64,000 bases of DNA, from positions 1 to 64,000 of the forward strand of contig LT642148.1 in assembly GCA_900128585.1 (NCBI GenBank), in the 5' to 3' direction. Positions 52,701 to 62,642 of the stretch are shown one piece after another. The translations under genes and the position numbers were made by a program. The notes under the pieces were generated by a model. It ran no database searches. It had not been told where the DNA came from and saw only the letters and a program-made list of their open reading frames with translations. The DNA is from Stramenopiles sp. TOSAG23-3. Taxonomy: Eukaryota. Positions within the stretch are counted from its first letter, which is position 1; every line of letters begins with the position of its first letter.

Positions 52701-54639
52701 AACCGTCAAAGTTGCACTTTGCGTGGGGCGCTACGTCTTTGACCATTTCTTGGCAGTACATGCCCTGGCACATGGTGTGCATTTCTTTCATCATTAAATC
52801 GTCCATGCCGTCTGGCGTGTGGGTAACCATGGTCACCTCCGCCTCCGCTATAGCAACACCGGTAAGATCGTCCATCGTATACTCGCCTTCCATTTCAATC
52901 ATCTCGTGGTGAGCATCGCTCGTGATGGTTCCATGCTCCTCGTGGAAGAGACTGGGTATTGGGTGCTCCACCCCGTCATCGTCTGTAAAATGGTCCAAGA
53001 TGTATTCTTGAACACCAGGATCGTTCGCCGAGCAAGGGTGGGCTGCCTCTGGGTGATCGCACTGCTTCATAGTGGTGAAATCCATGTTGAACGCCGCCAT
53101 CGGTGGTGGGGGCTCCATCATCGCTGGGTAGTCTTCGAACACCATTTCCATCTTCAAAGGGTCGTACTTCTCCATGTCCACTCCCATGGGGGGTGCTGTG
53201 TCTTGGGCAACTTCATACGGTTTCTTGTTCGTTGGGGACGACGTGCCCTTGGCTTTTACATAGCATGCATTGTCGTAAGGGAGCATCATGGTGCCTTCCG
53301 GCCTCTCTGGGTCCAAATTGGTTGCGTCTCCCAGTTGGTTCGCGTACACGAACTCCTCCTGCAACGATTTCGAGACGGCGATGGTGCCGTCTGCCCCAAG
53401 ATGCACTACGCCGTCTGCCCCAGCGGGACCACCGGCTGCTACCGTGAACTTGGCGGTATTGCCAAAACCTCCGTCTGTTTCCTCCGGTGTCATTGCGCCC
53501 TCAAATACGAGATCATTAATGGCAGGGTTTCCTGGGCATGAGACCACAATCTCCGAAACAGTCTCTAAGTGCTCTGGGTTCGTCGAACCATCTACAACAA
53601 AGGTGCGTGGAGCCCCCTTCACAATCGTCGTTTGTAGCCCAGAGAGCAATTCGTACGCTTTGTAGTTCGCATGGGCATCGAGATCGACATCGACTGCCGC
53701 TGCCACTTCCGGAGCGTCTTTTTTCAGTACCGTAGCCGTCCATTCAACAGCGTCTTGCGTCATGGTGATGGGGCTATCTTCTGACCCTAGCCCATACTTG
53801 ACCATAAGTGGGTCAATTACTGCCTTTTCTCCCTTAACAGGGTCCTTCATAGTCGGGCAATCGTGCGTTGGGACAATCTGCGTCGTGGTACCGTCGTTAT
53901 ACAGGCATATCTCACATTTCAAGCATTCGGGGTCCACCAACGATGGGTAAATTTCATCCACTGGGGGGGCCGCATGCTCGGCTTCAATGAGTTTCTTGCA
54001 CTCGTTGCAGTGCTTAAATTTGTCCTCTTTGTGCTTCGTCTGTTTTTCTTTCCCTGTCATACCCTCCATGGCCATGTATTTAGCTTCCATACTGACATCA
54101 ATAGGGTCCTTGGGTTCTTCGGGCATCATCGGCGGTTCCATGGCCACGGGCTTATCCCATTTCTCGCCTATGGTACTGGCGGGGGTAATGAGCCCCCTTC
54201 CCCCTAGCCGTCTCCGTTCAGAAGAGGAAGCGGGCAGTGCGGCAGAACTTCCAGGGGTTGCGACGGGGGTTCCCCCGCGCACGCGTGATTCTTTCGTGAT
54301 CTCGATGGCGGCAATCCCCATGCACATGATACATCCAAGACAAAATATTATGCCAATTACAATGCCACAAACAATTTTTCGAAGGCGGTTTGCATCTTTT
54401 TGAGCACGCTCTGCATCTTCTTCCAAGGATAATATTTCAATAAGTGATATGTCGCCATCGCCATCTCTGTCAAGTTTTCTTAAATTGCCGATGGTTTGTT
54501 TTTGCTTTTTGCTTAGTGTGCCCCCACCCTGGGTGAGGCTTCGTTCGATTTCGTTTACGTTGAACGTGTAGTCACTCAGACTTTTCCGTCCTGGGCGCTT
54601 ACCCATTGGGTTTGTTTCAGTCATTTCTACTTCAGCCAT
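49657..54639 (-). CDS. Type II membrane protein: EF-hand, single TM, multiple RRL motifs, His/Met-, Arg/Glu/Asp- and Lys-rich blocks
   Basis: Likely ATG at 54639 (MAEVEMTE); DRDGDGDISLIE EF loop; TM IVCGIVIGIIFCLGCIMCMGIAAI; about ten RRL motifs. Confidence 0.85.
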   Translation of the reverse strand: MAEVEMTETNPMGKRPGRKSLSDYTFNVNEIERSLTQGGGTLSKKQKQTIGNLRKLDRDGDGDISLIEILSLEEDAERAQKDANRLRKIVCGIVIGIIFCLGCIMCMGIAAIEITKESRVRGGTPVATPGSSAALPASSSERRRLGGRGLITPASTIGEKWDKPVAMEPPMMPEEPKDPIDVSMEAKYMAMEGMTGKEKQTKHKEDKFKHCNECKKLIEAEHAAPPVDEIYPSLVDPECLKCEICLYNDGTTTQIVPTHDCPTMKDPVKGEKAVIDPLMVKYGLGSEDSPITMTQDAVEWTATVLKKDAPEVAAAVDVDLDAHANYKAYELLSGLQTTIVKGAPRTFVVDGSTNPEHLETVSEIVVSCPGNPAINDLVFEGAMTPEETDGGFGNTAKFTVAAGGPAGADGVVHLGADGTIAVSKSLQEEFVYANQLGDATNLDPERPEGTMMLPYDNACYVKAKGTSSPTNKKPYEVAQDTAPPMGVDMEKYDPLKMEMVFEDYPAMMEPPPPMAAFNMDFTTMKQCDHPEAAHPCSANDPGVQEYILDHFTDDDGVEHPIPSLFHEEHGTITSDAHHEMIEMEGEYTMDDLTGVAIAEAEVTMVTHTPDGMDDLMMKEMHTMCQGMYCQEMVKDVAPHAKCNFDGSMTCGEHECITGDIEFKAAASLPPAGGNEAMHMGPMAGDFMQMHDDDVVRRVRRLKEKHRRLSKNSKKHKRSVKTKYHPLLAAHAYRRLVAPVAAADLTLYESPTTGIMVEDCNAAHQYEIDNGDMDFIAKQVPEGPHHVRRLRARRRLLAAKRHALSKHAFHRKMLRVVRKAHLRARRVAKAHHKTRRRLMDMETPPQFEHDPNMMHDIDTAAPKFDLGPHGAHAMELAHDVGHQDWMNDNFEAALGAGMGTPEYYAEESVAQPGDVFAAPVEYAATQKAAMCGAATCDKTHTFKEMEVAMDHMVEAVAHLETVEKTCFDFQVALTTTASADQLEFFQQNVEPCNHDLAEAEFEVHHANHTQHSAALSFRAEQNMYAAEEYLVDHMYEYVETADAAGSLAANTSLACHKDTTQACTPATFDYEHLYLTGETWDHEPDDPMSVYPDFESNNNAYVANHHVDEAVDALIGMGASLEAMDHKMAPCTYTTFPHKPSSDGGAHFTRTHEMQFHPDSLAPYRRLKQHDYGRRLRKLRGETRGASEMGRGSGTARTQERTTARVNERVDRMSNERGTSAVTETFREREMNMERRPEERERENPRIENPREAVRDTRQERASRSEASERSESTRDTTERVMERRGREIDDCADTMADGDRNCGGCTKDYFSTAPGGREEAKCISVCEAYHECEREVDRCAREMVVTATERSVSLTSGRDERVQVQRRDEARDERGDPGRDENERDTRRDEDERDTRREDGIPERDARAYDNAREKIDTRMRQREVRTVEEDTRRREVVARDTRARIDTDREEQSGRRPRSEDERVDTRVTRGQRLRGNTSFDDVTDSARPVRSAEPYTDPRGKRIGHLEEPMPDLRKDVRCTGRPMPNCTAVVTHEPCKDSPMRVEMQHNVNGPDNYVREQIMEEKAKKKEQKQAKRKQDEQTRKQDKKDAKKADRLAKTAAKKADAKAARKAKRQEEKRKRKGLERRRLLQNEDEAYDEPGMGMENVILSRTNRRACPL

Positions 54640-55342
54640 ACTTTTGATATTTGTACAGATTTTGTTTCTGCTATATGAAGTGTTGCTAACCAATATTTTT
54701 TGAACGGGGGTGGGGGAAATTAGAATTGTCGGGGTAGAATTGGGCGCGTACACAAGTATTGTAGGGAGTGCAGAGTGGTATTTTAGGTATCTTTTCATCT
54801 CAAACAACTTTCGAAAAATAGTTATCAGTGCTCTGTGCCGCTAAATATTATTGTGTAAAAAATAAAATAAGAGGGGACGCCATTACCACAGGCACTATAG
54901 CATGAAAATATTTTATTGTGATAAAAAAAATAGGAGAGACTAGACCTCTGCCCAATTTATGACGATAACCATTCGCTATTGTCTACCCGTATTTTGATAT
55001 ATCTTGGAAGACATTAATCCAATGAATTTGCCTCACATGACCAATTATGACGATGTTTGCCCATTTTTTTATCCCTTTTTCAATGCGAGTAAGAAAGCTC
55101 GTGTCGATTCTAGCGATGCCCTCCTCGTATATCATTACAGATTTTTGTCGACCCAAATATACTAGACTATGCTATTGACAAATCTGTTCTCGTTGTTTCG
55201 TGTTAAACAAATCACCTATCATTTTATCTATATTAAAATGTATTCTAATGAAATGACCTGACTGACGTCGTCTATTTTTTATAACCACCCAACACCCAAC
55301 CAATATTTTTTTTCTGTAGTACTAAAAATAATAATCATGAAG

Positions 55343-55380
55343 ACAAAAAATGGCTGTTATATTTAAGTATTTAAATTTTA
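55343..55380 (-). repeat. Degenerate 3'-spacer repeat core downstream of ELF1
   Basis: ACAAAAAATGGCTGTTATATTTAAGTATTTAAATTTTA. Confidence 0.7.
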
Positions 55381-55754
55381 TGTTCAGTAAAGTTTCACTT
55401 CCTTTGTATAGCGAATTTATTTCTGCTCCTTAAAATAATAATAAAAATACCACCTGTTGTGTGAACGGATAATAATAATATGCGACTACTAATTAATAAC
55501 AAAAAAATAAAAACCTTCTCTCCTTTTACTTTATTTTCGTAATCATTTTAAAACAGAAAATTTTGATATTTAAATTGGTTTATGCACAGATATACTGTAA
55601 CTTCAAAACAGTAACACGAGTGCTGACCTGTTGGTTATACGAAGTACGAACATATACAGGAGCGAAACGGTGAAAAAATATGCTACCATCGCTGTTCTTG
55701 CTAGTTCCCTTCTTTCCCTTCTCTTTGTACGAAGTGCCATCAAATCCGACTCCA

Positions 55755-56434
55755 TCAAGCCCTTGAATTGCGGGCTTCCCATCTGTCGTGTTCGTCTTCC
55801 TCTTCAGAACTCGACTTTTCATCGTCGTCGTCGGAACCTCTTTGGTTGTCTCTTTCAAGCTCATCGATCCATTCACAAAAAATGTCAATGGGCTGGTGCA
55901 AGTAATTTATCGGACCGTACTCAAAGCCTTGCCCGCAAACCCTGCACTTCAGTCTTCCTACCTTTTCACGGCGGTCCCTTTTTCAAAGCAATAAAGAAAC
56001 AAAAATATAAAGTTAGAGATCGTGTTTATATTCGTTAAACCAAGGTGTTAGTGTGCGTGGAGTTCGAAGACGAGAAGATTTCAGGTGCAGAGGATAGAAC
56101 TAAGTGTTTTAAATGTTTCAATACCACCAGGGAATACTTAAAGCAAACGACGGAAAACGTTTGAAGCCGAAGGCTGTACTGACTTGGTTTAGCACATCTG
56201 TTCTCAACTTGGAATACTAAAAAAATCAAGTTGCTATCATATTGTGTGCGGCAGGAGGGATGTGAGGTCCGCAGAAGGAATCCTTCTTTCGGAAGACAAA
56301 AAAAGCGCACTCGGTACTTACATTTTACAAACAACGGTTCCTTCATGATGGCAATGGGGACATTTAAACGTTGTATCCAAGGACACCTTTTTCTTTTCGA
56401 CAATCTTCTTCTGTTTCTTTCTCCGTCGTCCCAT
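55755..56434 (-). CDS. ELF1: Transcription elongation factor Elf1; exons 56434-56322 and 55977-55755, 111 aa
   Basis: Manual splice of a 344-nt GTAAGT..CTAAC..AAG intron gives MGRRRKKQKKIVEKKKVSLDTTFKCPHCHHEGTVVCKM/DRREKVGRLKCRVCGQGFEYGPINYLHQPIDIFCEWIDELE plus an acidic tail. Confidence 0.93.
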
Positions 56435-57237
56435 CTTCTCTCACTGACGTGTTCACTTCCAAACGACGGGGAGAAATATTCAGTTTGAAAGAAGACGGAA
56501 AAATCAATTTACGTCTCTTCTTCATCTGCTCGTTTGTTTTCGTTTTAATTGAGCTTCTACTGACTTTGTCTACATTTTGCTTGCAGATGGTGATTGGATT
56601 AGTTTTTTTATAGAGTAAAGTTAATTTAAAAAATGTTGCGGTAATATTCTGGTTGTAGTATTATTAGTAGTATACGGAGAGGAATAATAAAAAAATAATA
56701 ATAATACTGTAATAATAATTATAATATATTTATTAGACTATATTTTATATACGACTAGCTAGTCAACAGTAATAAATAAAAATAATAAAATAATTATTAT
56801 TATTATATTTATTTTACCGGTACTGGTTTACTGGTACCGGTACCGTAATAATCCACTGGATAATAATAGACGACTAGGACTAATATATAATAATACTCTG
56901 TAATAATTATATTGGTTTAGATAAGAGAATATTACAGTAGCTAGTAAAAAAATATAGAATACGAAGAAGAAGAAGTAAAAAAATAAAATATTTTATTGCC
57001 TATTAAAGTATACTGTACCAAGTACAATGCACTTTTTTCTTTTTAAATTATTTTCACTTTTTTCAACATCAATGTAATGGGCTAGTCGGCCGGCGGTGTC
57101 CTGATCAGAATATATATGAATTTTAAAATTCGTACATTCGTTGTTGTATGATAGTTAAAAAACAAAAATAAGAATTCTTATTATTATAATAAAAACAAGT
57201 AAGAAGATAGTACAGTATCATATTATTATTTTAATAA

Positions 57238-57290
57238 TTTAAAAACAAGAAAATTGGCTGTTATTTAAGTAATTAAATTTAGCTTCCTCA
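57238..57290 (-). repeat. 3'-spacer repeat core downstream of the H6PD-like gene
   Basis: TTTAAAAACAAGAAAATTGGCTGTTATTTAAGTAATTAAATTTAGCTTCCTCA. Confidence 0.92.
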
Positions 57291-57420
57291 AACATAGGTT
57301 GTTTAAATAGTAGAGAGTAATAATAAAAATTAGTACCATTTTTGTACATGTAATATGCTTAGGTAAATTTAACTTGTATAAACGTTATGTCAAGGAGTCC
57401 ACAAATTTAAATAACCACTT

Positions 57421-59049
57421 TTACAATTCCGAACTGCGAAGTTCATCCACTTTATTCTTCCACATTTCTGCGGACTGCTTTCGGATCGCCTCGTACACCT
57501 CTGCGCCCCCAAACCCATATTTGATGGGCGGGGTAGTGCTCTCTTCGAACTCTTCAATAAGAGGTGTCCATATCTCCCAGGAGGGGAACAATGTCTTTGT
57601 CGTGACAAAATTTTGTCGAAGTCCGTCCACGACGTTCGCAATCAGCACTTCGTATGCATTCTTAACGGGGAGTTGTTCGGGCACTGCAAGGCTCGTGCCA
57701 GTTTCACCAGAGTATACTGGGCTGGTGGTAAATCCGGTTGGGCTAGAGAACAGTGGTGCCTCTGACGTTGCGGATATACTGGTGCCGCCGGGCCCACCTT
57801 GTATATTTATCATCAATTCGCCCTGTCCTCTTTTGAAAACGACCCTCACGAATGCCGCCCGTTCGTCTAGCGCTTTGCCAGAACTCAAAATGAACGGAAC
57901 CCCCTGCCAGCGCTCGCTGTCAATGGTAAGCATGACAGCCGCGAAAGTGGCTTGCTTCGAGACCTTGTAGGGTTGATTGCCCCCACTATTGTCCTGCAGA
58001 TCTCTGTTGACGTGCTCGTTGTAACCCGAATACTGCCCCATGACCGATTGCTCGACGGACGGCGCTCGCACTTTTGACAGCAAGGACGCTTTGTTTCGCA
58101 GCATAGATTCCGTGTCCGCAGTGCCTGTCGATGGAAGCTCCATTGCAACGAGGGCAGCGATCTCCGTTAGGTGGTTCTGCAGTACATCGCGGACAATCCC
58201 ATACTGATCAAAAAAATTGGTCCGCCCAGCGCATGTGATTTTCTCTTTCATGACCACTTCGACCCGTTCGACATGCTCTCGGTTCAGAATCGGCTCGTAG
58301 GATCCCTGGTTCGCAACGCGAAAGTTAATGACCGCTTGGACCCCTAGCTTGCCAAGGTAATGGTCGATGCGATACATTTCTTCTTCCTTCAAATGCTTTT
58401 GCAAGTTTTTCGCCAACTCCTTCGCAGTGTCTAAATTTGAGCCGAACGGTTTTTCCATAACGACCCTCAGCCATGCCCCGTTCGCACTGGGCGGCCGAGC
58501 ATGGTTGTGAATGCTCTGTGCAATGCCCGAGTAAAAACGCGGAGGGATGGACAGGTAGAACAGTCGCCCAGCTTCGACGTTCGCGGTTCCCGTATCCGCC
58601 ACGATGGCAGCGTTCAGCCGCTTGTAGTGCTCGCCCCCCCGAAGCTGCGTGTAGCCACGTACCACGTTAGTGATAAAAAAACGTTTGTCTTTCTCACAAT
58701 ACATTTGATCGGCAGGAACCGGGTAGTCAATTCCAAGCTCGCAGTTTATTTTCGTCTCCAATATTTTCTCCAAAGAGTGTCCTACTTTTTCTTTCGAACT
58801 TGAAGCTGCGGGCCAAATAACTAGCCGTGGCTGACTCGGCGTAGTGGTACTTCGGATGTGAAGCCGGAACAACGATTGCCACAGGTACTTTTTCGCAAGG
58901 TCACCAGTGGCACCAACAAGTACAACGTTGATCACCGACCCCTTGGGGCCTGCACCGTTTGTGGAAGGGAGGAAGTACACCCCGAGACCCACGACGGCAA
59001 AGAGCGCAAGCGTAACGGCGTGCCTCGCTCGCCTTTGTGAAAGTCTCAT
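57421..59049 (-). CDS. H6PD: Hexose-6-phosphate dehydrogenase-type (ER) glucose-6-phosphate dehydrogenase, dehydrogenase domain only
   Basis: Signal/anchor peptide; GATGDLAKKYLWQ, GAWLRVVMEKPFG, YRIDHYLGK, RDVLQNHLTE; ends SSEL. Confidence 0.88.
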   Translation of the reverse strand: MRLSQRRARHAVTLALFAVVGLGVYFLPSTNGAGPKGSVINVVLVGATGDLAKKYLWQSLFRLHIRSTTTPSQPRLVIWPAASSSKEKVGHSLEKILETKINCELGIDYPVPADQMYCEKDKRFFITNVVRGYTQLRGGEHYKRLNAAIVADTGTANVEAGRLFYLSIPPRFYSGIAQSIHNHARPPSANGAWLRVVMEKPFGSNLDTAKELAKNLQKHLKEEEMYRIDHYLGKLGVQAVINFRVANQGSYEPILNREHVERVEVVMKEKITCAGRTNFFDQYGIVRDVLQNHLTEIAALVAMELPSTGTADTESMLRNKASLLSKVRAPSVEQSVMGQYSGYNEHVNRDLQDNSGGNQPYKVSKQATFAAVMLTIDSERWQGVPFILSSGKALDERAAFVRVVFKRGQGELMINIQGGPGGTSISATSEAPLFSSPTGFTTSPVYSGETGTSLAVPEQLPVKNAYEVLIANVVDGLRQNFVTTKTLFPSWEIWTPLIEEFEESTTPPIKYGFGGAEVYEAIRKQSAEMWKNKVDELRSSEL

Positions 59050-60026
59050 ATTTTTAAACGGAGCGGGCAGCAGGGAAGAACAGGCGAATTACGAACTGTA
59101 GAAAAGGGTACCAATGGATCGTCTTGACGAACACTTCATGGCTTTGCTTTCCAATTGGGTTACTCCTTTTCTACCTACTATTTGACGTCTCTCTCTGCCC
59201 TACATTTGTTTTAAATTACAGTTGTCACGATGTTTTTTTTTGTTGAGTGGTGGGAGTGTGTTTGTTGTACGATGAGTTACGTATGATGATATAATAATAC
59301 GAGCATTACAACAACAGAGGAACCTGATGTTTTTGATATTATACCGGTACCTGGTACCAGGTAGGCACCTGTAAAACAAAAACAACAGGAATTAAAATAA
59401 AATAATCAGGATTGGGCACCACCACCTTAAAGTTGGTTGGTCACGTTGTTTACATGAAGCACCGGTATTAGATAGGTGGTGATGTGGTGATAATACGTAT
59501 TGTAGATTGCATATTTAAACACACAGCATTACACAGAAATATCGTTCCTCATACTTCAGTTGTTGTTTTATTTACCTCCAGTATTGTGTATTATCTTATT
59601 ACACTTTAATAATATGTATTATTACAGTATTATATTTTTTATTCAATTTTTTGATAGTCCTACTACTACACGAACGAAGTATAAAATATATTTTATTATA
59701 TTATTTATATTTGTATATTTTAATAATAAAATAAAAAAAAAAAATTAAAAAAATAAAAAACGAACAACTAAATCCTCGCGTCGTCGTCGTCGTATTATTT
59801 ATGCTGCACCAGAAGAGAAAAGGGAAGGAGGCAGGCGACTATAGGAGAAATATGAAATGAACGACGGTATGATGCAATACAGCCAAATAGGAAGCAGGGC
59901 AAATTAAAGAAGAGAAAGTATTCTGTTTTCAACCCAACAGCATTTAACAGACTCCCGTAGATTAGCTATTTGCAAGAGCGCGCCCCCCCACACACACACA
60001 ACTCTTTGTGCCCAGCCCCAGTCTTC

Positions 60027-61043
60027 ATGCTCCGTTCTATCTTGAAACCGTTGCGGGTCACGGTCACCCATCAGGCCAAGTCGCATTTCTCTAAAAGCCA
60101 TGTACCCATTGGCAACAAGCTATTGGAGTCGATGGATGGTGACTTTTTGTACCACCTTGGCCTCTCTTCTGACCAGGACTTAGAACGAATGTTCGGCGAC
60201 GTCCGTTTCTTTTGTTGCGGCGGAAGTGCCCAACGGATGGGTGAGTTTGCACAAACGGTTGCGGACGAGTTGGGAAATACCGACGGGGCCTACCACGTCC
60301 CCTTCGGACTAAAGCCGTCCACGATCGGAAAAACAGACCGCTACTCGATGTTTAAAGTCGGACCAGTTCTCATTAGCTCGCACGGAATGGGCATGCCGAG
60401 CATGTCAATTTTGCTCCACGAAGTGACGAAAATGTTGCACTACGCCAAGGCTGAAAATGTCTCGTATTTTCGACTCGGTTCGTCGGGCGGGATCGGTGTG
60501 CAGCCAGGCACGGTAGTGTTAACGACAGAGGGGATGAATGGGTTAATGGAACCCCACTATTCCCTGCCGATTTTAGGAGAAATGGTGCACCGGCCTGCAA
60601 AAATTGACGGGGGGTTGGTCGGCGACGTGTTTGCAGCATCTACGAAGCGGTTGCGTAACGTCAACGTCGCTAAAGGGAAGACCATGGGAGCCGACTGCTT
60701 TTACGAAGGCCAAGGCCGCCTGGACGGAGCCCTGTGCAACTACAAAGAGGAGGACAAGATGCGCTTTTTACACAAGTTGAACGAGAAGGGCGTTCGGAAT
60801 ATTGAAATGGAGGCCGTTATGTTTGCCGCATTTACCCACGAATTAGGAATCCCAGCCGCAGTCGCATGCGTGACCTTGTTGAACCGACTCGAAGGGGACC
60901 AAGTACTTACCACCGTCGATCAGTTGATGGAATGGGACGAGAACCCAGGCAAAGTCGTCCTTGCATACATTAAGGAGCAGTTGGGCATTCCGGAACCGAA
61001 AGCTCCCGTGTACGAAATCAAATGGACCAAAGCTGCTCATTAA
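60027..61043 (+). CDS. UPP: Uridine phosphorylase (eukaryotic UPP type) with presequence-like N-terminus
   Basis: DFLYHLGL, FGDVRF.CCGGS..RM, KVGPVL.SHGMG.PS.SILLHE, CFYEGQGRLDGA, NIEMEA, LLNRLEGDQ. Confidence 0.95.
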   Translation: MLRSILKPLRVTVTHQAKSHFSKSHVPIGNKLLESMDGDFLYHLGLSSDQDLERMFGDVRFFCCGGSAQRMGEFAQTVADELGNTDGAYHVPFGLKPSTIGKTDRYSMFKVGPVLISSHGMGMPSMSILLHEVTKMLHYAKAENVSYFRLGSSGGIGVQPGTVVLTTEGMNGLMEPHYSLPILGEMVHRPAKIDGGLVGDVFAASTKRLRNVNVAKGKTMGADCFYEGQGRLDGALCNYKEEDKMRFLHKLNEKGVRNIEMEAVMFAAFTHELGIPAAVACVTLLNRLEGDQVLTTVDQLMEWDENPGKVVLAYIKEQLGIPEPKAPVYEIKWTKAAH

Positions 61044-62093
61044 ATATCTATGCTCCGTGGAGGGGAGGGGGGGGGGGCAATGTCGAGCTCTTTTTTTATT
61101 CAAACCATCACAATCCATTCGTGCATTCTTCGTTGTTCAAGTTCAAGTTGGTAGTAGCAGTAGTAGAATAGGAACAAACTTTTAATATAAAATAAGCACG
61201 GCTGTATTTGATCGGTTAAAATATATAATATTTATTATACTTATAATTTAATATAATAGGCAAAAAAATACAATTAATATATACTATATTATATAGCTAT
61301 TGTGCGTTTTATTTTTTCACCAAACCGGTAGTACTTCACGGTATTGATAAAATACGGGTACGGGTACACAGGAAGACGGAACAAACAAACTGGAAGAGTG
61401 AGTGTCTAAGGAGGAAAAGAGATGAGCGAGAAGAAGAACATTTTTTATTTATTTATTATACGTACTGTAGTACTGTACGTATATTTTTATATTTTTTTTA
61501 TTTAAAAAAATAAATATTTTTCTTCTGTACTGCTGTACGGGTCTTGTATTGTATTATTAATACCTGGTAGAATATAGTAATAATAGAAAAAGTGTAATAT
61601 ATAAATGAAAAAAATAATAATAAATAAATATAAAATAGACGACGCCTAATTAGTAGCCTAGTCGTCTATTATTTTTATTATTCGTCTTCTTCTCTCTTCT
61701 TCCTTTTTTTACAATAAATAAAAAATATCATAATACTGTAGTACTACTATACAAATTTATTATTTTAAGTTGTCCTTAGTCTACGTTGTCTAAAGTACCG
61801 GTACGGTTCCGGTATTATAGCAAGTCAAGTTAGTTATAGTTATTATTTTTTATTATTTTTTTATTATTATATTATTATTTCATAATATTATACCAAGGTA
61901 ATAATAGAAACGACAGTAGCAAATACCTTTTGGGACCTTGGTATTACATAATGCGCTACAGTTGTTGAAGATAGAATATACATAATTATGGATATAAAGT
62001 GTTGCACCTCACGTAGAATTCACACCAGTTGTTGTTCTTACAGGACTTTGCGTTTCAATTTGGACGCGGAGTACCACACGCCAAGGGTAGTCA

Positions 62094-62642
62094 ATGCATA
62101 GAGGAAGGAACATGGCGAGCCTTCTTAACCCTTTGCGGCAGAAAGGTAGCGTTGGGATCAAATGGTTCTTACACCATCATCGGCGTGACCTGTCCACTTC
62201 GAATTTCCCTGCGGAGCTATTCGTCCATGGTGGGAGAGTCTACAACGAAGAAACGTTTTGCACCATTGACGTGCGCTGGGGAGACCAAGATGCAATGAAC
62301 CATGTAAATAATGCCACATACTTTACATATTTTGAGCAGGTGCGTTGTCTCTGGTGGGAAAAATCGAAAATTATCCCCGGTTTGTCGGCGTCTACAGTAA
62401 TTGAAATTGCCCCAATCCTTTCGTCCACCCAGTGCAAGTTCCGGCGCCCCGTCGAGTTCCCAGATTCATTGTTAGTGGGCCTGTCGTGCGAACTAGTCAA
62501 CCGCGATCGTGGAGACTTACGGCATCACTACGTTGTATACAGCGAAAACCAGGCTGCAATCGTCGCCGAGGGGACTGCCGATATTGTAGCATACAACTAC
62601 CATGCAAAGTCCCGTGCCCCTGTCCCCGAGGAGTGGGTCTGA
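62094..62642 (+). CDS. Hotdog-fold acyl-CoA thioesterase (4HBT/YbgC-like)
   Basis: VRWGDQDAMNHVNNATYFTYFEQVR, C.FRRPV.FPD; start at 62094 or 62112. Confidence 0.9.
   Translation: MHRGRNMASLLNPLRQKGSVGIKWFLHHHRRDLSTSNFPAELFVHGGRVYNEETFCTIDVRWGDQDAMNHVNNATYFTYFEQVRCLWWEKSKIIPGLSASTVIEIAPILSSTQCKFRRPVEFPDSLLVGLSCELVNRDRGDLRHHYVVYSENQAAIVAEGTADIVAYNYHAKSRAPVPEEWV

Noticed and set aside
54640-54807. 56-aa N-terminal extension of the 1716-aa ORF
   Set aside because: Begins at TTG in AT-richer UTR-like sequence; an ATG at codon 4 exists, but MAEVEM at 54639 fits better
55580-56403. ORF-track ORFs 55580-55888 and 56035-56403
   Set aside because: Wrong-frame translations overlapping the spliced ELF1 gene
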